From the NCBI RefSeq assembly GCF_946463545.1, contig NZ_OX296583.1, forward strand, positions 1,432,902 to 1,496,901: a stretch of 64,000 nucleotides of DNA. Reading direction: 5' to 3'. The first letter of the stretch is position 1. Every line of letters begins with the position of its first letter. Shown piece after piece: positions 22,340 through 32,787 of the stretch. Both the position numbers and the translations under genes were made by a program. A model generated the notes under the pieces. That model was not told where the DNA came from. It was given only the letters and a program-made list of their open reading frames with translations, and did no database searches. Source of the DNA: Methanothermococcus thermolithotrophicus DSM 2095. Its GTDB lineage: Archaea; AGJL01; Methanococci; Methanococcales; Methanococcaceae.

Positions 22340-22457
22340 CTGTGCAATGATGAGTGCCGACTTCACTGAGATTATCGCCAATTCCGATTTTGTTGTTGGT
22401 GAGCTGTGAAACTAAGATTTCACAATCAATGATGACATCGGGGACGACTGAGCACAG
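22340..22457 (+). ncRNA. Box C/D sRNA with an unusually long (~60 nt) D'-to-C' spacer containing a hairpin
   Basis: C box UGAUGA (22348-53), then a 12-nt guide, then D' CUGA (22366-69). C' UGAUGA (22430-35), then a 12-nt guide, then D CUGA (22448-51). Terminal stem CTGTGC/GCACAG. An internal TGTGAAA/TTTCACA hairpin lies in the spacer. Confidence 0.55.
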
Positions 22458-22502
22458 CTTTTTTAAACAGTAAATAATAAATTACAATAATTAAATGGTC
22501 AA

Positions 22503-25500
22503 TTAACTAAAATCAAACAAAGTTTGCTGACCATATTTCAAATCAAATTCTTCTAAGACTTTTTTTCCGATTTTATCTCCAAGCAAACTGATGACTTTTG
22601 ACTGGTTCTTTGGAATGTCATCTTTGCTTTTTATTCCAGCGTTGTATAGTTTTCTGGCCCTAACTCTTCCAACGTGTTTAATTTTGAGTAACTCAATGAT
22701 ATCTTTTTTAGCACCATACTCGAGTCTTATCTCCAATTCAGATAAACAGTCTTTGATTTGTTCATTTTTTAAATTTAATTGATTAAATATTTCTTTTGCA
22801 GAATATGCCATCCATTTAGCCTGTTCAACTTTGTACTTTAAAATCCCAGGTTCAATTCCATACCTTTTTAATATATCCTCCTCTGGAACCTCATTAATCC
22901 AGTCGTAGAACATCTTTGCAGTTTTAAAGCTTTCTAAATTTTCCCAGGAATAATCATCAATATTTAAGTCCATCATTTCTAAAATTAAATCTTCTTCTTC
23001 ATGATTTCTTACTCTTAAAGGGGGCCTCATTTCCGTGGTCATTGACAGTACATATAACATATAGAGCTCTAGATTTGTATTTAACTCAGAGGATTTGTTG
23101 ATCTTTTTTAATCCATCTATAATTATTTTTGCACTATATGGATCAATATACAGTTCTGAAACTCTTTTCCCAAGTTTTGTTGGTGTAAATGCAACGATAA
23201 AATCATAATCCTCTAAAAAATCAACGACTTCTTTTACATTCCTCAAAACTCCTTGGAGACTTCCATACTGGTGAGCATAAAATGTGTTTTTTATAAAGTT
23301 TTTTAAATCCATTTCATTTTCAACTTCCCTCGTGGATATCAATCCAAGGATATGGGTTCTAAGAACTTTTTGATTGGAAAGTTTTGAGTATATGTCCTCC
23401 ACCTTTCCAGTTAAGTATTCAAAACCTTTTTCAACATCGTTTGGATTTTTTATATAGACTATTCCTTCACCATAAGGATCTAAACCAGGTCTCCCGGCTC
23501 TTCCAATACATTGCTGAATTTCCATTTTTGAAATTGGAGCCATACCTCTACCGGAAAATCTCTTTAAATCCCTTACAATTGCTCTTCTACAAGGTAAATT
23601 TAGTCCAGCAGAGTTATGTACTATAAATCCATTTGCCACAACATAATGGTCATTTGTCCCATCATCTGGTAGTTCTATGTCATAAGCATATTTGTCATTT
23701 ACCTTTATTTTTTTAATTTCTTTGATCATGCTCCAATAAATATCTCCATCATAATATTCTTTTTTCCAACTATGTCTCATTTCTTTGTAGAGTGGCTTGC
23801 CACAAATTGGGCATTTTTCAAGATTTACTAAGAAGTCATACATTTCTTCTAAGTTCTCTTTATCTTTTATATTTTTATTAAGAAGATTCATTAAAATTTT
23901 TCCTTTATCATTTAGAGAATAATATACTCCTTTTTTATTTCCACCTATCTTTTCTCTTATGATAAACTCAAAATGGGGATTCTTTCTCTTTGAATAGTAG
24001 TTATTGTAGTTCATAACCAATTTTTTTCCATTTAATAGTTCAAAAAGTAATTTTACACGCTCTTTATTTAATTCATTCTGACTTTTTGTTCTTGGCTTAA
24101 ACATAGTTAAATCAATGCTAAATCCGCAATCACACCACATTTTAGCAATTTCCTTACTTTTTACGATTTCTTCCAATTTTCTTCTTTTTTCCTTGTGTCT
24201 CAGTGGAATATTTTCATAAAATCTTTTTACACTTACAAAATCACCAATTATTAGTTCATAAATATCTCTACTTTTGTATTCTTTATTATTTGTTGGCGAT
24301 CGAAGCGAATCCTTTGGATTCGCTGTCGAAGCAAATCGAAGATTTGCTGACTCACGAAACCTTCGGTTTCGTCGAGACTTACAAAACCTGAAGGTTTTGT
24401 TAAGCTTCATAACTTTTCCTTTTCTTTTTCTAATGGTGCTATGTATTCCAAACCTCAATAATGCTAATTGTAGTTTTTTGATTAGATTTTCTGATATCGA
24501 AGAGAATCCTATTTTCTTTCTGTTGGCATTAATGTATCCATCACTATCAAACAACCCTGCAATAAAGTGTGATAACTTTTCCAATGGAAGAATGTAAAAT
24601 ACATCAATATTTTTGTTATCCTTAGTGAGCATATTTAATTCATTAAATACTTCCCTTAGTCTTTTTGAATATACATAATGAGAAACATTTCCTTCCTCTT
24701 TAATTTTTAAAAAGTATTTTTTGTGAAGTTTAGAGTCATCAAAATTTGGCGGGTATTTTGGATTAAACGTAATATCGGGACTACCTCTAAATACATTTTT
24801 TTCGATAACACCGGTATAGCCATCTCCTATAAAATATCCAATGAAATAAAGGTCCCCATAGGATAAATCAATATCTCTTTCTTCAACCACTATTTTATCA
24901 GCAGTAGCCACATAGTCCCCCACTTTTAAATCCTTTGCTTCTTTTTCACAGGTCTCTTTTCCTTTTTTAACTAAGAACAAATGATTGGGGGTTGTGGTAA
25001 TTTTTAGCCCATTTGCGGTTTTTACAACAATATTATATTCATGTTGCGGGGTTTTATGAACTTTCCAACAATCCACTGGTCTTATTTTATTTCCACACAA
25101 TGCAAATACCTTTTCATTTTTATTCAATTCTGTAATCTTTTTAAATCCACTTTCTTGCAATATCTCGGTATTTGCATTTAAACAGAGTGTCGGAGTACAG
25201 CATATAACCTTTATCAGTTTCTTTCTGAATCCTTCTTCAACTATTTTCCTCTGTTCATAGGTAAGACCTGCATGGTGAAATGCCACCCCTTTTTCAATAC
25301 ATTCTGCAAGAGCTCTACAGGTTTCAGTTGGTGGATCGAATATGCTTAAAACTTCGTCTTTCAGTTTTTGAAGTTCGTGTTTTTCACTGTGGGATAAGTA
25401 TTTCTTTAAATTCAATTTTTTTGCTTCACTAACCGCTCCTCTCTTAGAATTACAAAAAATTAAACATGAACCATCTTCATCGATACAATCTACAACCAAA

Positions 25501-26261
25501 TTCATAATGTCATTTTTATAACTATCGTTTAGGGGTTTTTGGAGTGAGCGAAGCGAACGGAGAGCAACGAAATCACTCTTCGTGATTTCGTCTAATGAAT
25601 TATTTTCATCAATGTATTCTATTTTGTTTTTATAGAATATTCCTTTTTTTAATTCCACAGGTCTCCAATCATCAATTACAAGTGTTGCATTTAGCCAGTT
25701 TGCAAGTTCCTCTGGATTCCCAACAGTTGCAGACAAACCGATTAATTGGATATTATTTAAATTCTTTAATTTCGTTAAAATGATCTCAAGGGTTCCTCCT
25801 CTTTCATCATCCCCTATTAAATGGATTTCATCTACCACTACAACAGAAACCTTATCTATCCAATCGATCCTATGTCTCATTAAAGAATCAAGTTTTTCAG
25901 CAGTAGTTATGATTAGATCGTAGCTCGATAAATTCTCTTTTTCATCAAAATCTCCAATGGACAAAGCCACTTTTAAACCATATTTTTCATATTTTTCTTT
26001 AAACTCGTCGTATTTTTCATTTGCAAGGGCTTTTAATGGAACTATAAATAGTCCCTTTTTCCCTGTCGGTTGTTTGTTTTCATCCAATAGATGGTTTATT
26101 AGGGCTATCTCTCCAATAAGGGTTTTTCCACTGGCTGTAGGGATGCATATTAAAAAATTCTTTTGTTTATCAAGTAGTCCATGTTCCAATACCTTTTTTT
26201 GCGGCGGCCTAAGTTCCGTTATGCCGTTGTCGTTTAATACACTAAAAACATAATGCTGCAT
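22503..26261 (-). CDS. hel308: Hel308/Hjm Ski2-type DNA helicase containing a 524-aa intein
   Basis: Walker A PTASGKT and DEIH motifs are present. The intein is inserted in motif VI (TPTL|C...HN|SAGLNLPCRR). The extein portion is about 728 aa. Confidence 0.85.
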   Translation of the reverse strand: MQHYVFSVLNDNGITELRPPQKKVLEHGLLDKQKNFLICIPTASGKTLIGEIALINHLLDENKQPTGKKGLFIVPLKALANEKYDEFKEKYEKYGLKVALSIGDFDEKENLSSYDLIITTAEKLDSLMRHRIDWIDKVSVVVVDEIHLIGDDERGGTLEIILTKLKNLNNIQLIGLSATVGNPEELANWLNATLVIDDWRPVELKKGIFYKNKIEYIDENNSLDEITKSDFVALRSLRSLQKPLNDSYKNDIMNLVVDCIDEDGSCLIFCNSKRGAVSEAKKLNLKKYLSHSEKHELQKLKDEVLSIFDPPTETCRALAECIEKGVAFHHAGLTYEQRKIVEEGFRKKLIKVICCTPTLCLNANTEILQESGFKKITELNKNEKVFALCGNKIRPVDCWKVHKTPQHEYNIVVKTANGLKITTTPNHLFLVKKGKETCEKEAKDLKVGDYVATADKIVVEERDIDLSYGDLYFIGYFIGDGYTGVIEKNVFRGSPDITFNPKYPPNFDDSKLHKKYFLKIKEEGNVSHYVYSKRLREVFNELNMLTKDNKNIDVFYILPLEKLSHFIAGLFDSDGYINANRKKIGFSSISENLIKKLQLALLRFGIHSTIRKRKGKVMKLNKTFRFCKSRRNRRFRESANLRFASTANPKDSLRSPTNNKEYKSRDIYELIIGDFVSVKRFYENIPLRHKEKRRKLEEIVKSKEIAKMWCDCGFSIDLTMFKPRTKSQNELNKERVKLLFELLNGKKLVMNYNNYYSKRKNPHFEFIIREKIGGNKKGVYYSLNDKGKILMNLLNKNIKDKENLEEMYDFLVNLEKCPICGKPLYKEMRHSWKKEYYDGDIYWSMIKEIKKIKVNDKYAYDIELPDDGTNDHYVVANGFIVHNSAGLNLPCRRAIVRDLKRFSGRGMAPISKMEIQQCIGRAGRPGLDPYGEGIVYIKNPNDVEKGFEYLTGKVEDIYSKLSNQKVLRTHILGLISTREVENEMDLKNFIKNTFYAHQYGSLQGVLRNVKEVVDFLEDYDFIVAFTPTKLGKRVSELYIDPYSAKIIIDGLKKINKSSELNTNLELYMLYVLSMTTEMRPPLRVRNHEEEDLILEMMDLNIDDYSWENLESFKTAKMFYDWINEVPEEDILKRYGIEPGILKYKVEQAKWMAYSAKEIFNQLNLKNEQIKDCLSELEIRLEYGAKKDIIELLKIKHVGRVRARKLYNAGIKSKDDIPKNQSKVISLLGDKIGKKVLEEFDLKYGQQTLFDFS
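23613..25184 (-). mobile_element. Intein with LAGLIDADG homing-endonuclease domain inside hel308
   Basis: Starts with Cys after TPTL and ends with His-Asn followed by Ser. LAGLIDADG-type blocks LYFIGYFIGDGY and IAGLFDSDGY are present. Confidence 0.8.
24295..24412. repeat. Multi-hairpin repeat element inside the intein coding sequence (in frame)
   Basis: Contains GCGAATCCtttGGATTCGC, GCAAATCgaaGATTTGC, GAAACCttcgGGTTTC and CAAAACCtgaaGGTTTTG. It encodes an Arg-rich peptide FRFCKSRRNRRFRESANLRFASTANPKDSLRSP. Confidence 0.7.
25541..25592. repeat. Hairpin repeat element inside the hel308 extein coding sequence (in frame)
   Basis: Contains GAGCGAAGCGAACGGAGAGC plus the ACGAAATCACtcttcGTGATTTCGT hairpin. 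It encodes DEITKSDFVALRSLRSL between helicase motifs. Confidence 0.65.
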
Positions 26262-26755
26262 TTTTTATTCACCAGCCATTTAATGAGCTCTTATAATTGT
26301 CCTACAAATATGTAAGTTATCTACCTTTAAATCTAAACTTAAAATTTGTTAAATAAATTCCAATTAAAATTTAATGATATTTATAGTGGTGTGCATTACT
26401 TACTAAACATAAAATAAACTGTTAATTGAAAAATATGGTTTATTTAGTACTGTTATTCAATTTACGATATATTGATCGGTTTATTTAAATTGCACACCAA
26501 TATATATCACCCTTCGTAGAACGACTATAAATATCAAAAATTGAGTTTAGTGATATTAATTAAAAGGATTTTTGAATTTAAATACTTTTTATAATTCCAT
26601 ATATTAATAATATACAATAATATTTTTTGTAAAACAATATTCAAAATTATTACAAAAATTATATGGGAAAACTATAAATATGAAATATTATAATAACGTA
26701 ATACTGTATTAAGTTATCTTAAAATAGTGTGAAATAATGCAAAAAAGGTGAAAAC

Positions 26756-27397
26756 ATGCACATACCAGATGGTTTTTTACCCATATGGGAAAGTGGTATT
26801 TTCTGGGTAGTGTCACTAATTTTCATATTGCTGTCTCTTAAGTGGGCATCAAAAGAAATGAACGAAAAGACAGTGCCGCTCTTTGCAGCATTAGCTGCAG
26901 GTATCTTTGCTATTCAAGCTATGAACATGCCAATACCATGGGGTACAAGTGGACACATGGTAGGAGGAGCTCTAGCCGCCATTATTTTTGACTCCCCATG
27001 GGCAGGAGTTTTACTGTTAACACTGGTTTTAATTGTTCAAGGTTTGTTCTTTGCAGACGGTGGCCTATTAGTAATGGGGGCGAATATTTTTAATATGGGA
27101 ATTATTGGTGGTTTTATAGGTTATTACGTATTTAAAGCATTAAAAAACACCAACACAACTGTTGCAGCATTTGCTGCAGGATGGGCAAGTCTGTTTTTAT
27201 CTGCAATAGCCTGTGCAATTGAATTGGCAATTTGTGGAACCTTTCCTCTTGATAAAGGGTTACAATTCATGGGATTATACCATGCAGTAATTGGACTTAT
27301 TGAAGGAGGTATAACTGCCATAGTGGTTTCATACCTCTCATCTGTAAGGCCCGACTTGGTTAAAGGGTTAAGCAAGGTGATGAGTCATGGACAATAA
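26756..27397 (+). CDS. cbiM: Cobalt/nickel ECF transporter substrate-specific component CbiM
   Basis: N-terminus MHIPDGFLP with multiple transmembrane helices. GGTGA ribosome-binding site. Confidence 0.85.
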   Translation: MHIPDGFLPIWESGIFWVVSLIFILLSLKWASKEMNEKTVPLFAALAAGIFAIQAMNMPIPWGTSGHMVGGALAAIIFDSPWAGVLLLTLVLIVQGLFFADGGLLVMGANIFNMGIIGGFIGYYVFKALKNTNTTVAAFAAGWASLFLSAIACAIELAICGTFPLDKGLQFMGLYHAVIGLIEGGITAIVVSYLSSVRPDLVKGLSKVMSHGQ

Positions 27398-27710
27398 GAT
27401 ATTGATTTCAGGCTTGATAGTTGCCCTATTGATAGGTATTTTGGCACCATTCTTGGCATCAGGAGATCCCGATGGTTTAGAAAGTGCTGCGGAAAAGATA
27501 ATCAATGAACATGTATTGCACAGTAATTTAGAAGAAGTAGGGCTTGAAGAAGAAGGTACTGTAGTACCGTCTCCAATGCCTGACTATTCAATCGAAGGAA
27601 TGGATAAAATCGGAGAAATAATTGCAATGCTTGTTGGTATAATCATAATGACTGGTGTTGCATATGGAGTAGCTGCAGTTTTCAAAAAGTCAAACGCAGT
27701 TAGTGAATAA
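27387..27710 (+). CDS. cbiN: Cobalt transport protein CbiN
   Basis: 107 aa with two transmembrane helices. Overlaps the cbiM stop. Confidence 0.7.
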   Translation: MDNKILISGLIVALLIGILAPFLASGDPDGLESAAEKIINEHVLHSNLEEVGLEEEGTVVPSPMPDYSIEGMDKIGEIIAMLVGIIIMTGVAYGVAAVFKKSNAVSE

Positions 27711-27874
27711 TTAATATTCTTCTTTTTTAGTTTTTGATGAACCAAATATCATAATTAAGATATTGCAAATTTTCATTTTGGGCTATATTTTATATACTAT
27801 GAAAATATTATTAATTTTAAAAATGATCTGATTTTATAATCAAAATAATATAGTATTCTTACCGGTGATTTTTT

Positions 27875-28645
27875 TTGCATGGCTCACTATATAGTATTGA
27901 AAAAGAAAGTTTTAAAAAGAGTTTAATTCATGACATGGATCCAAGAGTTAAATTATTATCTATTTTCTTAATAATATTGGCGGCCACACTTTCAAACAAT
28001 GTTTACTCTATGATTTTAATTGAACTTTACCTGATTTTATTGATGATGGTGTCTAGGATCTCTTTATCTTATGCACTTAAAAGAATATTACTCATATTAC
28101 CATTTGGAGGATTTATATCATTATTTCAACCATTTGTACATGGGGAAACTGTAGTTTTTCAGATTTTTAGCTTACCTGTGTATCAAGAGGGGCTATCTTT
28201 TGGTCTAATATTATTCTCGAAATTTTTAGTTTCTGTAACCTCCGTAGTCTTTCTATCTTTAACAACACCTATGCATGAAGTTATAAGCGCAGGAAGAAAA
28301 TTAGGACTCCCAAATATAATGTCAACACTTTTGGGATTAATGGTGAGGTATTTATTTATAATGTATGATGTTTTGGAATCTACCTTAAGGGCCCAAAAAG
28401 CCAGGTGTTTAAATAGAAAAAACTTAACCTATATACAGATGTTAAACATATTTGGATACAGTGTAGGAGCTCTTTTTTTAAGAGCGTATGAACAAGGAGA
28501 AAGGACATACTTAGGAATGATTTCAAGAGGATACTCAGAAAACTCAAAAATAGGGCTGTATGAAAGAAACATTGGATTTAAGGAAATTGGATTTTTAATA
28601 TTTACCATTATTTTTTTGATTGCGGGGCTGGTGCTATTTAATTAA
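27875..28645 (+). CDS. cbiQ: ECF transporter transmembrane component CbiQ
   Basis: Polytopic membrane protein downstream of cbiMN. The likely true start is the ATG at 27935 (MDPRVKLL...). Confidence 0.7.
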   Translation: MHGSLYSIEKESFKKSLIHDMDPRVKLLSIFLIILAATLSNNVYSMILIELYLILLMMVSRISLSYALKRILLILPFGGFISLFQPFVHGETVVFQIFSLPVYQEGLSFGLILFSKFLVSVTSVVFLSLTTPMHEVISAGRKLGLPNIMSTLLGLMVRYLFIMYDVLESTLRAQKARCLNRKNLTYIQMLNIFGYSVGALFLRAYEQGERTYLGMISRGYSENSKIGLYERNIGFKEIGFLIFTIIFLIAGLVLFN

Positions 28646-28751
28646 CTACAAGTTATTATTTTATTTTTATTTAATAAATATAGTAGTGAAATTTTCTTAT
28701 ATTATCAAAATGTCATAGGCAATTATAAATATTCAAATATTCTATAATATA

Positions 28752-29282
28752 TTGAAGCATTGTTTAAAACTTGGAATGGTGAAAAGGATGGATTTAGAAA
28801 GGCTTTATGTTACCCAAGCCCTTTGTGAATCAAATGTTTTTGAAAAGTTAAGAATGATTATTGCAGAGAAAGTATCTGGAATTTATGATGTTAAAATTAC
28901 AAACACATTAAATAACAAATACTATTTTTTGAAATTCGTAGTTAAAGCCACAACTGAAAACTACACAAAACTCTGTGAAGTTTTGCAAAACAACGGAGTA
29001 ATATTGATAAACTGTTATGAGCTAATTTTTCCATCATATAAGATTACAATCAAAGGGGATGCTGAAAAGTGTTTGACAATTCAGAATGAAATATTGAAGA
29101 CACTTCTATCATATGGCTCAGTACCTTTAAAAACTGAAATGAATTCGGATGATTTCATAGTGGCCACATGTGATATAATTGTTACAAACAAAGATCCATC
29201 TAAATCCATGAGCTTTTTGGAAATTATGAGAAAAAACAGTGATTTGAAGTTTAAAATAATCCCGATTACAGGATACGACTGA
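28752..29282 (+). CDS. Hypothetical protein
   Basis: ORF only. No motif recognised. Confidence 0.3.
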   Translation: MKHCLKLGMVKRMDLERLYVTQALCESNVFEKLRMIIAEKVSGIYDVKITNTLNNKYYFLKFVVKATTENYTKLCEVLQNNGVILINCYELIFPSYKITIKGDAEKCLTIQNEILKTLLSYGSVPLKTEMNSDDFIVATCDIIVTNKDPSKSMSFLEIMRKNSDLKFKIIPITGYD

Positions 29283-29346
29283 TAGTGCAGTAATATTTTA
29301 CAGTAATAAAAGATTTACAGTAATATTGTATATTCTGTAGGGATTT

Positions 29347-30315
29347 ATGGGTGGTTTAATGATCTTTCCCTTCTTTCGTTCAAAATCTAGCAAACTAAAA
29401 AAATTATTAGAGGAGGATCATCTCAGTGAAGCCCAAAAACTCATAGACGAGGATGACTCACTGATAGACGATCTTATACATATTCTAAACTCCAGTAATC
29501 CAAAATTAAAGTCCAATTCAATTTTCTTAGCTACAAAAGTATTTCTAAAGTACGGCAGAGATATTAATAAATTAATCCCCCACATAAAAAAATTCCTAAA
29601 CGATGAAGATGAAGATATGATTTTAAATGCACTAGTTTCTCTAAAAATGATCGTTGAAAAAAACCCAGAATACTTTAAACTATTTGAAAAAGAAATCTGG
29701 AAAATCAACAAAAAAATTGTGAATCTTCAGATAAGGGAATATACTTGGGAGCTCATTAAGAAATATGGTGAAGTGAAAGAGTACAAGTTGGACGATCGTC
29801 AAAAGAAAATGCACGAGCAGATAAAAAGATTAATGCAATCAAGTGAACAAGAATCACTACTTAGAAAATTATTTGAAATTGGTTCGTCAATGCTCGACTT
29901 AGAACCTGAAAAACTTGAAGTTACTGAAGAAAAGCTAAGAACATCAATATCTAAAGAACAGATGAAAATCGACCTTGATATAATAAAAAGCGGTGGAATA
30001 ACAAATATGGATCCTTTAAATATGATTTATATACTTTCTAAAGTGCCGGAACTAAATAAAAATGAATTAGAACGGATCATTGACAAAGTTTTAGATCTTC
30101 TGGTTAGTGATAATAATATAATCAGAAATATGGTTCTAAATACTATATATGATATATCTAAAAATTATCCTGATATTATTTACAACCACTTAGGTAAATT
30201 AGAGGAGTATGCCAAGAAGTTTGGGGGCAGAAACAACATATTTAAGTCAATATTAAAAGAAATTTCAAAAGAATATGATTTAAGAAATACTCCTTTGGCT
30301 AAATACGTTGAATAA
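29347..30315 (+). CDS. Hypothetical alpha-helical (HEAT/ARM-like) repeat protein
   Basis: ORF with repetitive helical pattern. No catalytic motif recognised. Confidence 0.3.
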   Translation: MGGLMIFPFFRSKSSKLKKLLEEDHLSEAQKLIDEDDSLIDDLIHILNSSNPKLKSNSIFLATKVFLKYGRDINKLIPHIKKFLNDEDEDMILNALVSLKMIVEKNPEYFKLFEKEIWKINKKIVNLQIREYTWELIKKYGEVKEYKLDDRQKKMHEQIKRLMQSSEQESLLRKLFEIGSSMLDLEPEKLEVTEEKLRTSISKEQMKIDLDIIKSGGITNMDPLNMIYILSKVPELNKNELERIIDKVLDLLVSDNNIIRNMVLNTIYDISKNYPDIIYNHLGKLEEYAKKFGGRNNIFKSILKEISKEYDLRNTPLAKYVE

Positions 30316-31200
30316 TTAAAATTTATACGGGAAGTTCCTTATGAGCTCATTCATTCTTTCAGCATCAATATATTCTTTATTACCTATCTTAAGTATTCTT
30401 TCATTGGTTATTTTCCCAAAAGGTATTGCAGGGCATCTTTTTTCAATTGTTATGTCTAAAACTTTATCAAGATCTTCTTCATTGATGCATACAAGATATG
30501 TCCCCAAATACCTTGTAGCTCTTGGATAGGGTATGGAGTTTATTTCAATACCTTTTTTTGCTTTAACAAGCATTTCAAGTAAATTACAAAGCCAGCCTCC
30601 TCTTGAAGCATCCTTACAGGCATGAACTTCAATATCATTATTTTTTATGATTTCCAGGTAGGTTTCAAATTTGTTTTTTGCCTTTTGAACTCTCTCCCCA
30701 ATATCTCCTTCAACAGGATGTCCGAGCATTATAATTATATCATTTTCTTTTGCACCGCCGTCTCTGATGATTTTATCGCTTATCAATTCTCCAAATACTG
30801 CAACACTCATACATGATTTTAAGTTTTCTACAGTTTGAGTGTTTCCCCCAACAATAGGGATGTTTAGACCCATAGACTGTTTTTTCAATCCATCAACTGC
30901 CATCTTTATTTCTTCCTCATTCTCTGCCTGGATTGCATCCATTGCATAAAGTGGCTGAGCTCCCATTGCTACGACATCGCATGAGGTGTGAATTAATGCA
31001 GTTTTTGAACCAAGTTTTAAAGGATATGGACCTTCCATGTTTATTACATTTTTTCCGATAACAACCGCATCATCTCCTGCTCTAATTCCACTTATTAATT
31101 CAGGAAGTTTTGAATCCATCTTCCAGAACTCTTTTCTTGGATAATTCGTTTCCATCATGTGTTCTATTGCGTAGTTTACTTCATATTTTATGTTTTCCAT
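30316..31200 (-). CDS. AIR-synthase-related (PurM-like superfamily) protein
   Basis: N-domain motif GIRAGDDAVVIG is characteristic of the PurM/ThiL/HypE fold. Possibly the methanogen-marker PurM-like family. Confidence 0.4.
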   Translation of the reverse strand: MENIKYEVNYAIEHMMETNYPRKEFWKMDSKLPELISGIRAGDDAVVIGKNVINMEGPYPLKLGSKTALIHTSCDVVAMGAQPLYAMDAIQAENEEEIKMAVDGLKKQSMGLNIPIVGGNTQTVENLKSCMSVAVFGELISDKIIRDGGAKENDIIIMLGHPVEGDIGERVQKAKNKFETYLEIIKNNDIEVHACKDASRGGWLCNLLEMLVKAKKGIEINSIPYPRATRYLGTYLVCINEEDLDKVLDITIEKRCPAIPFGKITNERILKIGNKEYIDAERMNELIRNFPYKF

Positions 31201-31585
31201 GATTTCATCTCGTTTATTTTAATCTAAATAAAATTCACTTCAATTATTTTAATTCTCCTTGTTAAATTGTAAAGATTGCCGTCCCCTAATATAGTGATGT
31301 GCAATTTCAATTAGTATATTACACACATTTAAATTAAATCGAGACAAATTCCAAGGAATTTTAGACTCACAAAACCATCGGTTTCGTCGAGAACATAAAA
31401 TATTGTTTAATTTGAAAATATGACAATTAAAAATAAATTTCAGGTGCAGTTTATTCGTAATACACACTCTCTATAAAACACCGACTACTATTACTACCAT
31501 TGTAACATAGTATATAATAATATATAATATTAAATTCTTAAAATTCAACGTACTATATTGTGTAAAAAATATCAAGGGGGTAACA

Positions 31586-32416
31586 ATGAATAATTTTAAA
31601 AGTGCTATTACAGGGTTTATTCTATTACTATTAGTCGGGGTTATTGGGGTAACCGGAATATCATTCGCACTGGATGGATGGTACATCGTAGATGAAACCG
31701 AAGTAGGAATTGTAAAAACATTTGGAAAAATAAACCAAGAACCTGTAGGTGCAGGATTACATTTCAAATTACCAGTTGTTCAGTCAGTCGTAAAAATGAA
31801 TACTTACGAAAAAACATTAGATATGACTCAAAAACAAGGGAACGCAATAAAAGCGTTAACAGCTGAAGGATTACCTGTAGTCATTGATATATCGATACAG
31901 TACAAAATCAATCCTAACAAAGCACCAGAGTTGTACGCCACTATAAAAAATCCAGAATCATGGATGACGAGTAGAATAAGGGCAAAAGTAAGAGATATAA
32001 TTGCCCAATATACTGTAGAGGACCTATATACAGACAGGAGAACAGAAGTTCAAGAAAAAATTGCATCTGCAGTTCAAAAAGAGTTTGACAGTAAGGGAAT
32101 AATGATAACTGCCACGTTGATTAGGAATATTGATTTGCCAGATCAGGTTGAAGGTGCCATTGAACAGAAACTGAGGGCAAAACAGGAAGCAGAAAAAATG
32201 AGGTTTGAAGTACAAAAAGCGAGATTAGAGGCAGAAAAGAAAATTGTTGAAGCTCAAGGGCAGGCAAATGCTACAGAGATTATGGCTAAAGCCATTAGAA
32301 AGAATCCAGAAATTCTTGAATATAAAAAACTAGAAGTTTTGGAAAAATTGGCTGAAAACAACAACAAAGTGTTCGTTGTTCCTGGTTCGAATGATTTGTT
32401 ACTTAACGTAAATTAA
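31586..32416 (+). CDS. SPFH/band-7 (stomatin/prohibitin-like) membrane protein
   Basis: N-terminal transmembrane helix and an SPFH core, with a C-terminal coiled coil (...EAEKMRFEVQKARLEAEKK...). GGGGT ribosome-binding site. Confidence 0.8.
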   Translation: MNNFKSAITGFILLLLVGVIGVTGISFALDGWYIVDETEVGIVKTFGKINQEPVGAGLHFKLPVVQSVVKMNTYEKTLDMTQKQGNAIKALTAEGLPVVIDISIQYKINPNKAPELYATIKNPESWMTSRIRAKVRDIIAQYTVEDLYTDRRTEVQEKIASAVQKEFDSKGIMITATLIRNIDLPDQVEGAIEQKLRAKQEAEKMRFEVQKARLEAEKKIVEAQGQANATEIMAKAIRKNPEILEYKKLEVLEKLAENNNKVFVVPGSNDLLLNVN

Positions 32417-32787
32417 AGTGATTATTTTTGTTTTACTATTCTCTTTTTTCATTAGGGAGTTTTGGTTTTTTTGTAATTGGTGGTTTTGTTTTACGTTTAC
32501 TTTTACTATTTTCTTTCTCTTTTTTCTCGTCTTTAAAGATGAGTTTTTCAAACAAAATCTACATGTATGGGTGGGCGTATGTGAAAGACAATATAATGAT
32601 GGACATGAATAAAGAACAATTAAAAGAATAATTATGGGTTTAAGGAAGTGTTTATCGAGATAATTTATACAATATGATCTGTGAAACAATGTTTTTAAGT
32701 GAAGTAACATACTGTTGAAGTTATAGTGATTTGAATCGTGCTTATGAATTTCATCTGCTGCTGAGCTCAGGTGGCATATCGAATAAC

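Noticed and set aside
32590-32720. C-box-like AATGATGG and scattered CTGA motifs suggesting a second C/D sRNA
   Set aside because: The C box has a mismatch. There is no correctly spaced D box and no terminal stem.
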